A stretch of 64,000 nt of DNA, taken from the NCBI GenBank assembly GCA_040954595.2, contig CM082589.2:9188894-9252893 (forward strand), read 5' to 3'. The notes under the pieces were generated by a model. It saw only the letters and a program-made list of their open reading frames with translations. It was not told the origin of the DNA and did no database searches. A program made the translations under genes and the position numbers. Below are positions 36,211-50,664 of this stretch, one piece after another (position 1 is the first letter of the stretch; every line of letters begins with the position of its first letter). The DNA is from Balanoglossus misakiensis. Taxonomy: Eukaryota > Animalia > Hemichordata.

Positions 36211-36333
36211 ATGTGAATAATGAGTGTTCAGATTCTGTTTGTGCTGGAGGGTGTCTAAATGCAGAGGGTGGATTCAGCTGTAGTTGTGGTGATGATGGTT
36301 TCTCTCTGAGTGCAGATCATGTCAATTGTTTAG
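36211..36333 (+). CDS. cbEGF exon C, copy 3 (open)
   Basis: Same as 26418-26540. Confidence 0.75.
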
Positions 36334-36760
36334 GTAAGTTTTTTTTGAGTGGGGAGGGGATAGACCAACAATTGCTTTGCATTTCCTGCCTCAAAAGGGC
36401 GCTTACACATGTTGTATGTGACAAAGATTATAGCGAGTCACCATGTAAAAAAAATAATAAATAAAAGTTATGAGGCACTTTCCAAAGTTACACATTTAGA
36501 AAAAAATGAGTTTGTTGTCTCGTGTGTGATATTTTTGGCTAACAAAACACTAGCTTCTAATGTGGTTACTACATTGTTTGTTTATCAGTATACAGTACTG
36601 GTACAGATAAACATATGATATGACCAAGTTATATGCCAGATGATATTTATCAAGTTTCACACAATTTTGCTCTCTTGTCGTATATTTTTTTCAAAGCCAA
36701 CTGTACATGTAATTCAGATGTATTCATTCAAACACAATTTATCATATTTGTGTTTTCAAG

Positions 36761-36865
36761 CTGGTTGGTCACCATGCCAACAAGCATGTTACAACACACC
36801 AACCAGTTACCAGTGTGGTTGCAGACCAGGATTTAAGTTGCACAGAAATCAACAAACATGTGTTG
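36761..36865 (+). pseudogene. EGF exon D', second 5'-deleted copy
   Basis: Same as 26967-27071. Confidence 0.7.
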
Positions 36866-38323
36866 GTGAGTATCTACAATTGGGAGAAAATAAGATGTAG
36901 GTGTTTGTGCAATGTTAGTGTCCAATACATGTACATGTATATGTGACACTGAAATTACACATTGTACACTCAATAATTGGTAAATGTCTATTATTCATGA
37001 CACAAATCAACATACAGTCAAACCTCTGTGACTGGCCACCTCTATTAAACAGCCACCTCTATATAGTGCCCACTTTATTCTAGTCCCTGTGTAATTTATA
37101 TCTACATTAATTGACTTTTCTACCAGGTATAATGGCCACCTGTCTATAAAGGCCAGTTTAGGAAAGTCCCTTCACTAGCCATAATGGACAGGTTTGACTG
37201 CACTTGTGTTGATTTCTGTCTGTAATACGTGTAACACAATCATAAAATTTTTCATAAAGAGGGCACACTTCCAAAATAAGGTGTCATCTCCAAGCAGACA
37301 ATGTGAAAAAGGAGGCCAGTTGGTTACAGAGTACTGCTCGAGCTCATCTACTTTGTTGTATACATGATACAAGTTGCGTGTAAAACTGACCTTACAATAA
37401 AATGTGGCTGTCGAAAGTCTGTCCCAACTATAGTGTTGATACACAAGACAAAGTTTTTACTCTTTGACCACCTGGCCTCATGTTTGCGTCTTGGAAGGGC
37501 ACCCTCTTTATGAAAAAGGCATATGATATCACTACAAGGAATAAATTAACATGATAGAACATTGCTGATTAATGTCATAGATCATGATAACATGAATGCA
37601 TAGCAATGTTTTGTTACAATTTGGTACATAAAGAAATGGACTACTGTGACAGTATTGACTCTGGGCACTACGTAGATGATTCCCAGCCTCAAAATTCTGA
37701 CTTGCTTCACCGTTGGAAGAAGTCAGTTTTCAGGTTAACATGTATATTTGTACAGAGTGTGGCATTAGTGAGTGGTTGCATCACATCAATGCATGATAAA
37801 AGGTCATCACTGTGTAAGACTCAGAAATAGAATTTGAATACAAATCCTATTAAACAAAATATTCTAAAATTTACATGTTATTTTAACACCTGTTTACTCC
37901 TATAAAAGTGAGTGCATGTGTTTTCGAGTTCTCTTCAATCCAGAAGCCACTGTATAGGCCTTAGTTGGTGCATGTAGCTCCTAGACTTAGAAATAAAGAC
38001 GCCTCAAGTCCAGTTGACCATCTCACACTTCTGGCACTGGTGGGATTCAAACCAACGCCATCGAAATGACTGCAGGTGTCTAAAACCCCTTGACTGTAGG
38101 ACACAAATGCCTGACAGTGATATAACTATGTTATAATGTTACGTCGACACTACATAAGTTTGGGGATATGTTGTCTCAAATGATGAAATTGAGAAAAATT
38201 ATCCCCATCTTGTTATAATCTGAGCCCAGTTGTCTTTGGTGTGAGATTCCAGTAGTTAAGAGTAGGCTTATCTTGAATAAAGTAATGCTTGTAAATTATT
38301 TCGAATTTCTTCTTACCCTCCAG

Positions 38324-38446
38324 ATATGAATAAATGTCACAGTTGTGGAAATGCGTGTCAACACTATTGTCAGAATACCCATGGTAGTTATTGCTGCGCT
38401 TGCAGACAAGGCTTCAATGTGCTGGAGGATGGCCATGCATGTGCAG
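38324..38446 (+). CDS. EGF exon A, copy 3 (open)
   Basis: Same as 28526-28648. Confidence 0.7.
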
Positions 38447-39065
38447 GTATGTAACTGTGGATATTGATCTCTTCTGTGGCTACACTGTTTGGGGATTGTA
38501 TATTGCTATGGTTACAATAAAACATGCATCCTGTCTGTCCATTGCACACATTTTCAAATTTGAAATCAACCGCACACTCGTACTGAACACATGTTTGTTG
38601 AAATTGTATCTCAGAAATTTTCCAATTATAATTATGCATAATATAAACAAATTAACAAATGTGAAAACTTAGCATTGAAAATGTGTTTGCAAGGGTGAAA
38701 AAGTAATCTGTATTTTAAAAATCAGACAAAGTTTTGCTGACAGGGTACACAAGTTTCAGGGGATTTTGTTAAAATGAGAATGATAGAGAGTGTTAAAATT
38801 CCTAGAAAGAGATTGCCATGGATATTGAGGACTTTGGTGTAAAAACAATCAACTGATCAATTAATATGTGGTTACGAATATGTGTCATCAACCTCACCTT
38901 CTATCCGCAATGCTGGATCTATAGACAGTTTTAAAAGGGGTTTAAAAACTCGTCTTTTTATTCTGCACAATTTCATTCCATTGCTTTTTTTGGTTTAAAG
39001 GGAATGTCTTTCAGAACTGTTTTGGTTTCTTTGGGGTTTTTAAGTGTAATTTTTTTATCCTTTAA

Positions 39066-41645
39066 AGAGCATATCTTAGCTCGAAACACACTTTGAGGAT
39101 AAATAATAATTGGGCTTGTGTGTTAAATGCTGGTGTCCTTTTACTTATTTCATATGGATAAATAAATGTTAAATTTAAAAATGTTCAGGGCCTGAGAAAA
39201 AACTTCTGTTTGGGCCACGCCCATTTCTGTGACGTCACAAGAGGAACCCATTTACGATTGCAAGACTGTACATTGCAGTGGTTGAATTGCAATCATACAT
39301 GTCTGTGATCTAAACAGCTTTGCTGGGTCAGCCTCTGGATCCCCCGTTCCATTCAAAATAAATGTACATATATACCTTTTCATCTAGGGGAGATGCGATT
39401 ATGAAAAAAATAACACTACTCATCCCGGTTAGGCTACGGCTACGCATTGCAAGCAGTACACAACATGCAATGGCAGCGGATGTGTATAGGCACCTTACAC
39501 ACACAATGATTGCTGCCTCGATTAAGATGGGTCCCCCGTATCTTTTTGCTCGTTTCTATGGGCCTTTATAGGACACTACACTCAATTTTGATCGAAACCG
39601 TTATGAACGTCCGACAAGGGGCTTGTAACTAGTTAAAAATACACACGATTGTGTGCACACCCCCTGTCCGAGTATGTTTACGGCAGCTACCGCCCGGCCA
39701 TAGGCCGCCACGCTAATACGGTAAAGCAGCGGTCAGCGATAGCGTGCGCGTCCTGTAACCACAGTAACTGGATCGAACGCTAAAAATCCAATGTTTTGTA
39801 CACAGAGATTTTGTACCGTTCACGAAAATCCCTAAGGCTTTTTTCATAGGCCACGTACGCCAGTCAAATTTGACCTGCTTGTTGGGAACGCACTTCCACA
39901 CAGTGTGACGGATCGTTTTTTCGGTTTTCGTCGTGCTAAGAAGCGATACCGGTGGAAGAGTGCGTCCAAAAACACCTAAAATCGATGACTTTTTCCGCTG
40001 TGGTACGGGTATGCTGAAATCGTAGGATACAACGATAATATTCGAAAACAAAATCCGTCACGATCTTCCCTGGTTCAAGCAACTAATGAATATGTATCAA
40101 GTTCGTTTTTGAGGTCACGGAATAAAAAGCCTTAGGCTTTTGAAATTTGACCTAGCTAATTTGCATATCAATGGCGTCAGGGGGCGCGCGCTCACAATCG
40201 TGCAGATTTTCAACTAGTTACCAGCCCCTTGTTAGACTCTGAAAACGGCTTAGTCCAAATCGGGGTGTAATGTCCTGCAAAGGCCCATAGCAACGGGCAA
40301 AAAGATCCGGGGGACCCATCTTAAACCGTCGAATATTGCCCAGAGGTTTAGGACTAGAGTGTTGGGTCTCAATCTACTTATCTTGGACAATGTCAACTTA
40401 TTGACAACTGATATATCGTGGTCTTTTGGCGATTTTCGATCACTGCCTCAACAGACAAAATACGCTCGTGTTATTACAAGGGAACTCCATCAGCGCCGAT
40501 GCGTGTACACGCAGTCAGCAGCGATGACACATATCGCGCCGCGATGTATATGTACCATGCCAGCACTAAAATTCTGTCTTCTGAATTACATGTAAGCTAT
40601 ATGCCTTTTTGGTGATGACAAACAGAAACATTTATGACTTGTCGCTGTAATCATGAAAGTTCCTTCACATGCTTCATACTGCATTATAACAAAATGAAAC
40701 CATACAACCAACAGCAACAGGCGATCATGCCGAGCCGACCCACTCACGCTCACAAAGCATGAAACATTTTCATTGATACACACGAATATCCAAGTTTGGA
40801 AACGGTTTTCACTCACACGCGGCAAAATTTATTCAACACATTTTGTTTCAAAATTTGTACAGTGTGTTTTGGAGCCGATGAGTCGGACATAGTGCGACGT
40901 AAAACTTGTAAACAAAGAAATTAGAAAAGAAAGATGGCGACCATTCAGCCGAAGCCATACAAAGGTATGACTGAAAAAATGTGAAATAGTAACAGTAATA
41001 TTTTAAACGTTCAAGTTTTCACATTGATTGCTGTCAACCTTAATTATCGAAGTTTGCGGTCCCTGGGTATCGGGTAGCCAGACGAAAGAGTGAATAATTA
41101 TAAGCAATCTCGACATGATGTCGGCCAGCGCAAAATTGTGTTTACGCATCCTGCCAGTTCACCTACTACTGTGTAATCGCGGTCGCTGGAACACTGATGA
41201 ACACCAATATCGGGTATAAACGATCAGTTGTGCTCTGAATTGAATATTGATCACTGGTCGACCTCTCCTACTGACAGGCTTCTATTTTCCTGTAAGGGTG
41301 TGGATTGTCTTCTCGTGATTCAAACCTGGCCGATTATCGTTCAACGGTCATGCATTGACAGTTACTGCCGCCGCCGCCGGATGGCTTCATATCCACCGTA
41401 CAATATCGATGATCGTGGCATAGACTTTCATTGGTTTTCGGGGAATTCACACGGGTGACTTCCGTCTAGGTAATGTGTTGCTGCAACCACGGCAACCACC
41501 TCTTTTTGCCATTGTGGTATTACACAGAAAAGCACGAAAACACCGTATGACACCTGTGAGCATCGCTAAAGCTGGTCTACCTGAAGGGTTCCTCTTGTGA
41601 CGTCACGTCACGTGACCAAAATGCAGCAAATCTGAACTCAGATTT
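39066..41645. mobile_element. Kolobok-like element, right end lost
   Basis: Begins TTAA|AG at a site empty in paralogues (24953, 30132); internal 21-bp inverted repeat gtgacgtcacaagaggaaccc (39229/41586). Confidence 0.5.
39526..40320. mobile_element. Kolobok-type non-autonomous element nested in the above
   Basis: TTAA TSD on both sides; GA...TC termini; long imperfect TIRs (gatgggtccccc.../...gggggacccatc). Confidence 0.8.
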
Positions 41646-41713
41646 TGTGTATTACGTTTGTCAGGAAATAAATAATAATAAAATTAAAAATAATAAACTA
41701 TCTTTGATTTCAG

Positions 41714-41821
41714 ATGTCAATAAGAGAGCAGATCTTTGTGAACGCCAGTGTGTGAATACAGCAGGCTCTTTTTATTACACTTGTTCTGTGGGATATTGAT
41801 TGGTCAATGGAGAGTGTACAG
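41714..41821 (+). pseudogene. cbEGF exon B, copy 3 (9-bp deletion, Cys losses, same TGA)
   Basis: 108 bp; splice sites retained. Confidence 0.8.
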
Positions 41822-42678
41822 GTAAGACCAGCACAATATGTGGACAATGAAAGGTCCAGTATCTGTAACTTTTGAATTTTTATTCAGTATTTTTCTGGTT
41901 ATCAACCATCATTTCTTGTTCAGCTCGATGAAGCAGGGTAAGCAATGTTGTTATGTTTAAACATTGTATTCAAGCCTGGGTCTGGACTTGGATGCAATTT
42001 GTCAATAATAACAGTGATTGGTAACTGCATGTTTACATAACTGGCTAACTGTTAAAGAGACCAGCTGTTCTATTTGGTGTGTGTACAGTACACATGCCAT
42101 TGGCAGCTTATGGGTCAGCCAATGTTTGCCTGTTGATCTCTTGATGTGTGTGTGTGTGTGTGTCTGTCTGTATATGTACTCCGGTGTAGACTTTTTTCTT
42201 GTATTATCCGTGAATGGGACCACCGTGTACTTAACACCATTTCTTACACTCATCAGGGATATTTTGGCTTGTCTAACACGAGCTAAAAATATCCCCAACT
42301 CGTCTGAGAAATCTTTTACCAGGTCCTAAGGTTGTGAGACTAATAGAATCTCACACTCCCAAGGACGTGGGATCATATTTCTCACATGTGTTGAGGATTT
42401 TCTGTCCCAAACAAGCTGCAGGCGAGTGTGGGACAAAATATCCCTGACGAGTGTGAGAAATATGATCCCAGGTCCTTGGTGTGTGAGATTATATTTCTCA
42501 CACGGCCACAAATTAGCCAAATTCGTTTTAAAACATTAAATAAATGACTCTTGAACTGTCATCTGGCACGTTGTAGTTTCTGTATCATAGGATAACATTT
42601 AGCTTTGTCATCCAATCTGAATCAGCGCTCGTGTCATATACAGCTTTCGATTCAGTGAGAATGTGTGATTGATTTGTT

Positions 42679-43825
42679 GTTCATTGTTCAGGTGCACAAC
42701 AGTGCACGTTAATTGATTGTCAAGGCCTCCAGCCCATAGGTAAGAGGGCATAAAGGTAATCAGAAAATTGTACGAAAATGAAATAAATAATACATGTACT
42801 CAAATAATACAAATGACAACATCAAGCAGCACTTGTGTGGAAGTACGTACTCGGGATACAAAGTGAGGAACTTAGCAGATTAAGTTTTTTAACACATTTT
42901 CTCTAAGTTAAAAGGCATTGTAAACATAAATACTTGAGGATTCTGATGCGCTCATGATATTAACAAACATTTTAATGTGGGGAATTTTAGTGTAACCAAT
43001 ATATTGTTTTCTAAGACTGTCATATACGGGGCAAACAAGTAAAAAGTGATACTCGTCTTCTATTTGTTCACCAGAGCATAGCCTACAGTGTCTCTCTGAA
43101 ACGTCCACGTTCTGATCTCTTCCCTCCTCTATTGCAAGAGGAAGGGCAGAACAGCGAAAACATGCAAAAATGTCTTTGACATTACGTGTACAGATGACAT
43201 TAACTTCTTTTCAGGCTGTAACAATGATTTAAAATGTGTGTATGTACGGAGTTTGGTTTTGGACGGACAGTGATTTCCATTGTTGCTTCAAAATATCTGA
43301 ATTTCTTGTCTCAAATGCTGAAAGGAACAAACGCTTATCGCCTATTTCCTGAGAAATCCAGGCGAAAATAAAATGTGTTTCACCGATGTTGCCCAAGTTT
43401 GACGGCCTAAACAGTCAAGATTACGTATGTAGCATTAAATATGCTTGCCTAGGGAGTCTTTCCTGTGGCATCTCTATAAGTTTCACCCAGTAACGAAAAC
43501 AACATTTCATTGTGTGAACATACACTGGCAACCGCCCACATTCTCCAATTACAGCTTCATTGGTAGTGCTCCTTGGCACACCTAGAAAAATTCTGCACCA
43601 TGTTCTTTGCACTTTTTCTATGATGTCATAAAACTCAAGTCTCCGATCCATAACAAAGAATGGGTAAGATCATGGCATCAAACACCTTGAAGTGACATTC
43701 AAATGGCATATACCCTAGTTTCCACCTGGCAACTGAGAGTAGAGACAACACCTTGCTGGCTTGATTAGCCAATGTTTGCACTGCTCTGGACCAGGTGTTG
43801 CGATTAAACAAAAGTGAACCTAGGA
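42679..43825 (-). mobile_element. Degenerate 3' fragment of an L2/CR1-group LINE
   Basis: Minus-strand pieces FDAMILPILCYGSE, AVIGECGRLP and RHCRLCSGEQIEDEYHFLLVCPVY with frameshifts; distinct from the 16-kb LINE. Confidence 0.88.
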
Positions 43826-46800
43826 GTTTGAACAATGTCCTTGTAATAGACAGGTTTTGGTTGAGACAGGTTTTACTGTATTTTGATACATGCTCTGGCT
43901 TAACCATTTCACCACCATGGTACAGTCCAAACCTGTTGTTTTCTATGGTAAGGTTGGACCTCTAAAAAGGGAACTGGGAGGTTCTTTCTGGGAATCTCTT
44001 TATTTCTTCTGTCACAAAAATTGCATGGGAGTTCTAATTCTAAAAGGAGCACTGATTTGATAAAATATCTCAAAGTCAAGTTTTGGATGTGGCTCCAGTT
44101 CTAGTATTGTAGGTGACTAGTTTTCCGGAGTTCAAGTCTGTATACTTGCAGTAGAGTTGGTCACATGGACTTGGGTAATCTTAGTGTGGTCAGAAATTGA
44201 ACTTACACACACACATTGATTGAGTTAAGAACATGTCTGGTGTATTACTGTAATATGACTAGATACTGCAAATGCATAAACAATAAGCGTATGTTAAAAT
44301 ACAATTGACTAATGTGATCACTCTGTGTGCGGCATATGGCATATTAAGCATTTAGTATTTTTCAATCAGAAGCCATTAATCCTGTGATTAATTCTGCTTC
44401 TTGCAACACTGATTTTAAATCACCACACATGAATATTTTTATCCAAAGGACTGTGGTGCCCAAGTTTTTATGATAAGATAAACAAACAGTGAAATTCACT
44501 GAAGAAGTGAGTGAGCACTTGCCCATTCATTGTTCAATGAAATGTGACCACCAATTCATTGACGCCTTGAGCATAGCAACAACAACCTGTGTATTGACGA
44601 TACTGCCTGTAGCCTTTCAGTTGATGTTGCTTGATGTACATATATGACTGGAGTCGATCATTTGTGTTTTTTGTTGCATTGTTATTTTTAACCGCGTATT
44701 AAGCAATTTTTTGTTTGAGTTCATCATTCAGTGATGGTAGCTGACTAAAATCAGTGATGGTCGTCAGGTTGTGTATTTCAATTTTCAGGATGACTGCTTT
44801 TGTAATAAATTCACAAGTTCTGTGACCGTCACAATAGTGTTCTGAATTATTGGTTTGTTTTCCTGTAGTGTGCATTTACATGTTCCCAGATAGGAAGTTT
44901 TAATGGGTATTAGTGTCAACATCCACAAGTGACTTGAGGCCAGTGAACTTGCAGTTGTGTGTAGTTTGGATATTAGCTTGTGGTGATATTAACATGGCGA
45001 ATATCAAAATAGTACAAACAAATGTTTAAAACAGGACATATCCATAGCTTTCCCTTTCATAATTGGACTGTATTGTTATTGAAGTACAAAGACTTTCCAG
45101 CAACATGACATGGCTGGATTTTTTTGTAGGAAACAAGTCCGGCTGCTATTTGCTGTCTTTGTATTACACTACTAGTAACATCTCCATTTCTAGCTTTGCA
45201 CCTCACATTCAATGAATAGACCTGTGGATGTTTTGACACTTCTCGTCAATGAATGTGTATGGCTGCAGTTTATCAAATGATACACAAATCAAAGGAACAA
45301 ACAGTGACTTTTATTTCTTTTGAGAACCTTGCATTCTTATATTTAAATGCTCACTCACTGGCCCCAATTGCAAAATAGCAACATTTAATACATGCGATAT
45401 TCAATGCGTTTACAGTATTCAAAAATGTTTGAAATTGAATATTGTGCCAAAGAGTGGTGTTGTCAGTCCAAATATCAAAGCAATGAATGATTGTTCACAG
45501 TTTCCTGTATGGTTTGGCCCACCTCTTGTGAAAAGATGACTTGTGATATAGTGTTGTACATTGAAAAGAAATATATATACATGTATTTTAAATAATTCAT
45601 ATTTTCAATCTAGAAGTGGGAGCTGCTTCCTCAAGATATAATTGACTGTCAGAATGAAAGGCAAGCGATTCACACAAGTTAACTCCAACACAACAACTCT
45701 TCAATTAAATAATTGACATCAGATAACCACAAAGGCATTATTCAAATAAATTGTATAAATGCAGTTACAAGATTTGATGTCTGAAATTTACTGATAGGTG
45801 TAGATTTTGTCAGCATTTCCCTTCCTGGGTTACTTTGCGATTAGTTGTTTTGCGTAGTAGAATGGAACAGTGCCTGGTCCGGATTGGTCACACTAATGTT
45901 CAGAGAGAAAGTTAATTTGGCAACTGCTCATTGTATGAAAGGTCATAGGGTTAAGATGTCTTATGTCAAAGTCACTTATGAATCCCTTAAAGATAAATGT
46001 AACCTATCTTATTGACAGATAAGCCAGCAACAACAGAGAAATGTTATACACCCAAATGCTATCAACGAGGTGAGCTTCTGTCTATCTAGGAAATGGTGCC
46101 ACACTGCTACTGATAAGGACAAAAAAAGAGTTTTGTTTAGCGCGTAGGAAAATGTCACAAATTTTAGTTATGGTAAACAACCAACACACAAACATTTATT
46201 TTCTTTTCAATTGTTTGATAAAATTGTTATAACTATCCCAAAATTTGCAGCATGTGTGCCTTTAAAATTCAAATTCCTGTCCAAAGGGTGTCTACCCCTG
46301 CTGGTCAACTGTTATATAGGCAATTTACACAAACACGTACCAGTATAGATTCGACCACAGTCCTGTTGGCAAACATGCTCCAATGGTCTTTGCAGACAAC
46401 CATCATAAATGCATGAAACGCAGCACGCTCATTCAGTCCGATAATATGTGCTAAAACATAACATTTTGACATCACTAACATTTTTCCCAGTGACCAAATT
46501 TTCTCAGTTTGAATCGACTGTTGATTTTGTGGAAACATTAACATGGCCAGTTTTGTCCTGTGGCTGTGATTGAAACCATCTCCAATACCAGAAAAATGCT
46601 GATCCAAAACAAACGTTAAGCACAAATTGTCATTTTGACTCGTATACTCAGAGTTTCGGAAACTTGATCAAGTAATATGACTTCAGAGAGGGGGGGGGGA
46701 GCAGTATCCCCTTCCATTTATTGGCTGTTTAAACAGATGTGTCAGTTATGTTGAAGCATTCTTCTTGCTTTATGCAGATGCAATTTGCGCCCCCATCCTC

Positions 46801-48216
46801 TACATACTGTAATCAGTCTCAGTGTTTGCCTGCTCGAGATTGTCAGTTTTTCATAAAAAGGAAATATTAATTTAAATTAAGCTTTAAATAATCTTATATA
46901 TGATTTTAATTATGTCTATTAAATGACATTTCATAATATATCAAGATCAACACTTATGTATGACAAAACAGGCCAAAAATGAAAGAAAATCTAAAATTCC
47001 TGTATTTTTTAAAAAGTGCAATTTTGCAATGAAAAATGAAAATCTAATGTCTCAGCGGTGTACATTTACTTGCATGAGTTCTAGTGGAGGAGATCATGTT
47101 TTGTTTATGAAGTTCAATAGTCAGAAATGCAACGTTTTCATTGTTTCTTGCATTTCCCACGGTGGCAGCCATATTCCTTTATGGCAAAGCTTTATTATTT
47201 ATCTGGTTAAAACTTGCAAATGCACTCATATTTAGGGTTAAAAATACTTGTATACAGTTCAGTGCCTACATCTGCTTGGACTAATCCTAGTAAAGTTTGA
47301 AAAAAATGATAATTATCCCTAAAGTTTCAACTTATATGCCTGTAAGCGACATACCTTGTATGTGCATGAATTTGTCGTCAACCGGAAACGGATTACTTGT
47401 ATGAAAATGTTTGGAGTTCTCGCAGCTATTTTAAATTCACCACTATTTTCTTGGGCTGGCCATCTGAAAGGCAGCATGGTTGTCAAAGGATAAATCTTTT
47501 ATGTCAACCGAGCAAAATATTTAATATCATGAAGTGTACACAACATTTGCACTGCTGGAACTATCATGACCACAATACTTGTTTACTCACCATGGAGGTC
47601 AACTGGACCCCTATAAAAACGGTAGAACCGTTTTAATCCAGCTGACTTTCGAATTGCAAAGTACCGTCACAATCAAATTTAATAAGCCTATTTATATGCA
47701 TTAATTCAAGTTTAAAGGAAAACTCATGAAAAAATGTGCGTTTTGGCAGCTATGGAGGTTTACCCCACTGTGTTCACTGATCAGGTTTGCAAAATACATT
47801 CAACCTTATGTAGTATGGTAATCAAACACTTAAAAATGTGATGTCATATAACAAAGGCCTGTTGAAATACCCTGAAAGAAATAAAGTGTCTGTTTTACTT
47901 CTTACAATATACCATGCCAACAATTCTGCTGATGCAAAATTCAGTTGATGCAACACTTACAGATGTATGCACAGAACATAAAATCAGTATGGGAACCCTC
48001 CATTAAAACTTCTGCACTTTGTACCTGACTTGGCTATTGTCAAGTCGTGTCACTTAATATGTAATATTACCTGTAATCTGTTTGGTTTTGTTATTATTTT
48101 GTTATTTCATGCGTCCTTGAGCTTGGTGGGTGACACACTTTACACACCTGCTTGTTGCTTGCATGGCACTATTTTTTGACGAAAAATGTTCCTTCCAGGC
48201 CATTAAATTACCTATA

Positions 48217-48392
48217 CAGTAAAACTCCAATTATCCGAACTCCAATTATCCGAACTGTTTGGTTATCCAAACTGCTGTCATGTCCCCCAAACAGTTCTTT
48301 TGTATAGGATCGCTATCCGAATAACCGAACTGTCTGCATATCTGAACAAAATCAATGTCCCCCTGTCAGTTCGGATAATTGGAGTTTTACTG
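48217..48392. mobile_element. Tc1/pogo-type MITE
   Basis: Perfect TIR cagtaaaactccaattatccgaac with TA flanks. Confidence 0.85.
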
Positions 48393-48691
48393 TATTGGCA
48401 TATATCTTCATTTTGGCAATTTGTACGATGGGTAAACACTATTTGACGGGCGGAGAAGGCCTGCTTATTGATATGTATTCTATTGCAACCAATCAGTACA
48501 CATAGTTAGAGACTGCTCAGCACTCCAGATCTTATATCGAGAGCGGCCACTGTTTCGCGAGTATAAATTTTCGCGTTCTCTTATTTCATTCACTGCATCG
48601 TTATCTTCAAAAAAATTTACGTGACACTTTATTTTTACACTATTTTGGCACTTGCGTATTTGGTGAAAATTTATTGCTCGCGAAAAATTAA

Positions 48692-49027
48692 AGCCACTTG
48701 CACACGTGCCATTGTTAGGGCGCCCTTTTTGGGATTATAAAATTTGGTAAACATTTCTTATCAGTGACTCAAATACTTTTGCATGCACATGTGTATAAAA
48801 GGGACAGGGTCATCGCCCTCTACGCGCGTCCACAGCAGCGTGGCTAAAGGTCACAATGTTCACACGTGATTTGAGTCGCTGTTTAGTGCAGCGCCCCGAA
48901 CCAGGTCCCACCCCTCAACACCGTCCCCAAAAAAGCCGCTCTCACCTTTTCACACGTGGCACTTTCAAATTAACGCCGCCCTAGGGCCGCTGCTGGGGCG
49001 GCGTTGATGGCACGTGTGAAAGGCACT
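48692..49027. mobile_element. GC-rich Harbinger-like MITE inside an older MITE
   Basis: Imperfect TIR ...cacacgtgccat/atggcacgtgtg...; TAA-like flanks. Confidence 0.5.
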
Positions 49028-49290
49028 AAAGTGTTTTACAGTATGTACTTTTTAATCCCTTCAAATATTTGAATATGATTAATTCCATGATAAGTGGGAC
49101 AAGAAACCATAGTTGATACCCCAAAAAAGTATTGAGAAAATAACCCGAAGTTGGAGTTACTGAGCTTTAAATTGATTTCAATAATCTCCCAAGTGAAAAT
49201 TGGCTGAAGCTCCTGTAGTCAGTTACCTGTTGGTAGATTGACACATGACAATGATTGACTGTTTACACTTTTCTTTGTTTGATCTTTTAG

Positions 49291-49512
49291 AGGAATATTC
49301 AAGCACTGCAGGAGAATCTAGAGATGACACAGAAAATAAGAACTTGAATTGAAGAATCAGCAAGATCAACATGCACGACAAAATCAACTCATAACACAAA
49401 GACAACAACAAAAGCAATTACAAAGATAGCCCAACAACAACAACAACAAGCAGTGCAAGCACAGCCATCCAATATACAATCAACAAATCAACAACTAAGA
49501 CACCACTTTCAA
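49291..49512 (+). pseudogene. Degenerate Gln-rich exon-like segment
   Basis: cttttag| acceptor and |gtaag donor; CAA-rich, with stops and frameshifts. Confidence 0.35.
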
Positions 49513-50001
49513 GTAAGTTGTCACAATAATGTGAACAGTGAATATTTTGAAAACCAAGACTGATACCCGTGTCACTCCTGGGAATTGTTATGTGGGGAAA
49601 AATAAAATCATTTTTCTCAAAAAAGGAGCTTTCTTGATGTTACAAATAACATGGTCTGTGCCATTCCCGAAATTATCTTAATGTATTTGGGACCTGACAG
49701 TCACACAGAATAAATTCAAAGCACTATTTGCCCAAAGCAGACCTAAATTACAGACAGAGGAATACAACAAATCTTGTCTCATTCTTATTTTCAATTCTTC
49801 TAGTTTTTCCATGGTATCAGTGTGGAAGCACTGATGATAACCTCCGTCAGACAGTTTTAAATGCAGACAATCGTCTTACTCTTATGCACATATGTGTAAT
49901 TTTGTGTGTACAAAATAAGATCAAATCCAAATATCTGCAAATTTTATGTGCATGCATTCAAATAGTGGACTGCCTTCACTTCCTTTCATATTTCTTGCCC
50001 A

Positions 50002-50003
<2 letters not shown>

Positions 50004-50032
<29 letters not shown>
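50004..50032. repeat. (AT)n microsatellite
   Basis: Direct reading. Confidence 0.95.
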
Positions 50033-50035
<3 letters not shown>

Positions 50036-50664
50036 AAGACTTTCATTTTGTCTCTTCTTTTAACTCAATTTGCTGTTTTTTTTCCTAATTTACGACACAG
50101 AGTATGGTTGCCGCCATCTTGTCTGTTGTATAGACAGAATTGTGTCATTGATAAAGTTTTTGTAACCAGAATCTCTGCTTTGGCATATGAGCATTAGACG
50201 ATCATAACCCTTTAACAAAAGTCTGCTTAGAATTTAAATCACATTGTTTTCAAAATGTCTGCATCTGATTACATGGTGAATTAAAGCTGAAAGCAGTGTT
50301 CACTGGGCCCAAGCGATTCCCAGGGTTTCTACAGAATGCCAAGGATTATCTGCTGTGGATACCAGAAATTTTGTCAAAAAGTTTTGATCCTAAACTGATT
50401 TATGTCCTACAAAATCCAAACTTCTAGATCTATTGGTTAGCCTAGAATTAGGCGTGTACATAATTAATTAGGTCAATGGGGGTCCTGAAATTAACCATCA
50501 AATAGTAGACACGACCTAAAACTATACCCGAAATTACAGTTACTTTATGCCTCCCTAAATTTCAGTCTGATTGACAAATGTGAAGAACGTTAAAGAGAGC
50601 TGTCTCCTGATACATTGCCGCTTTCTGTGAAGTGACTTTAAAAAGAAAACCATTTTGTTTGCAT

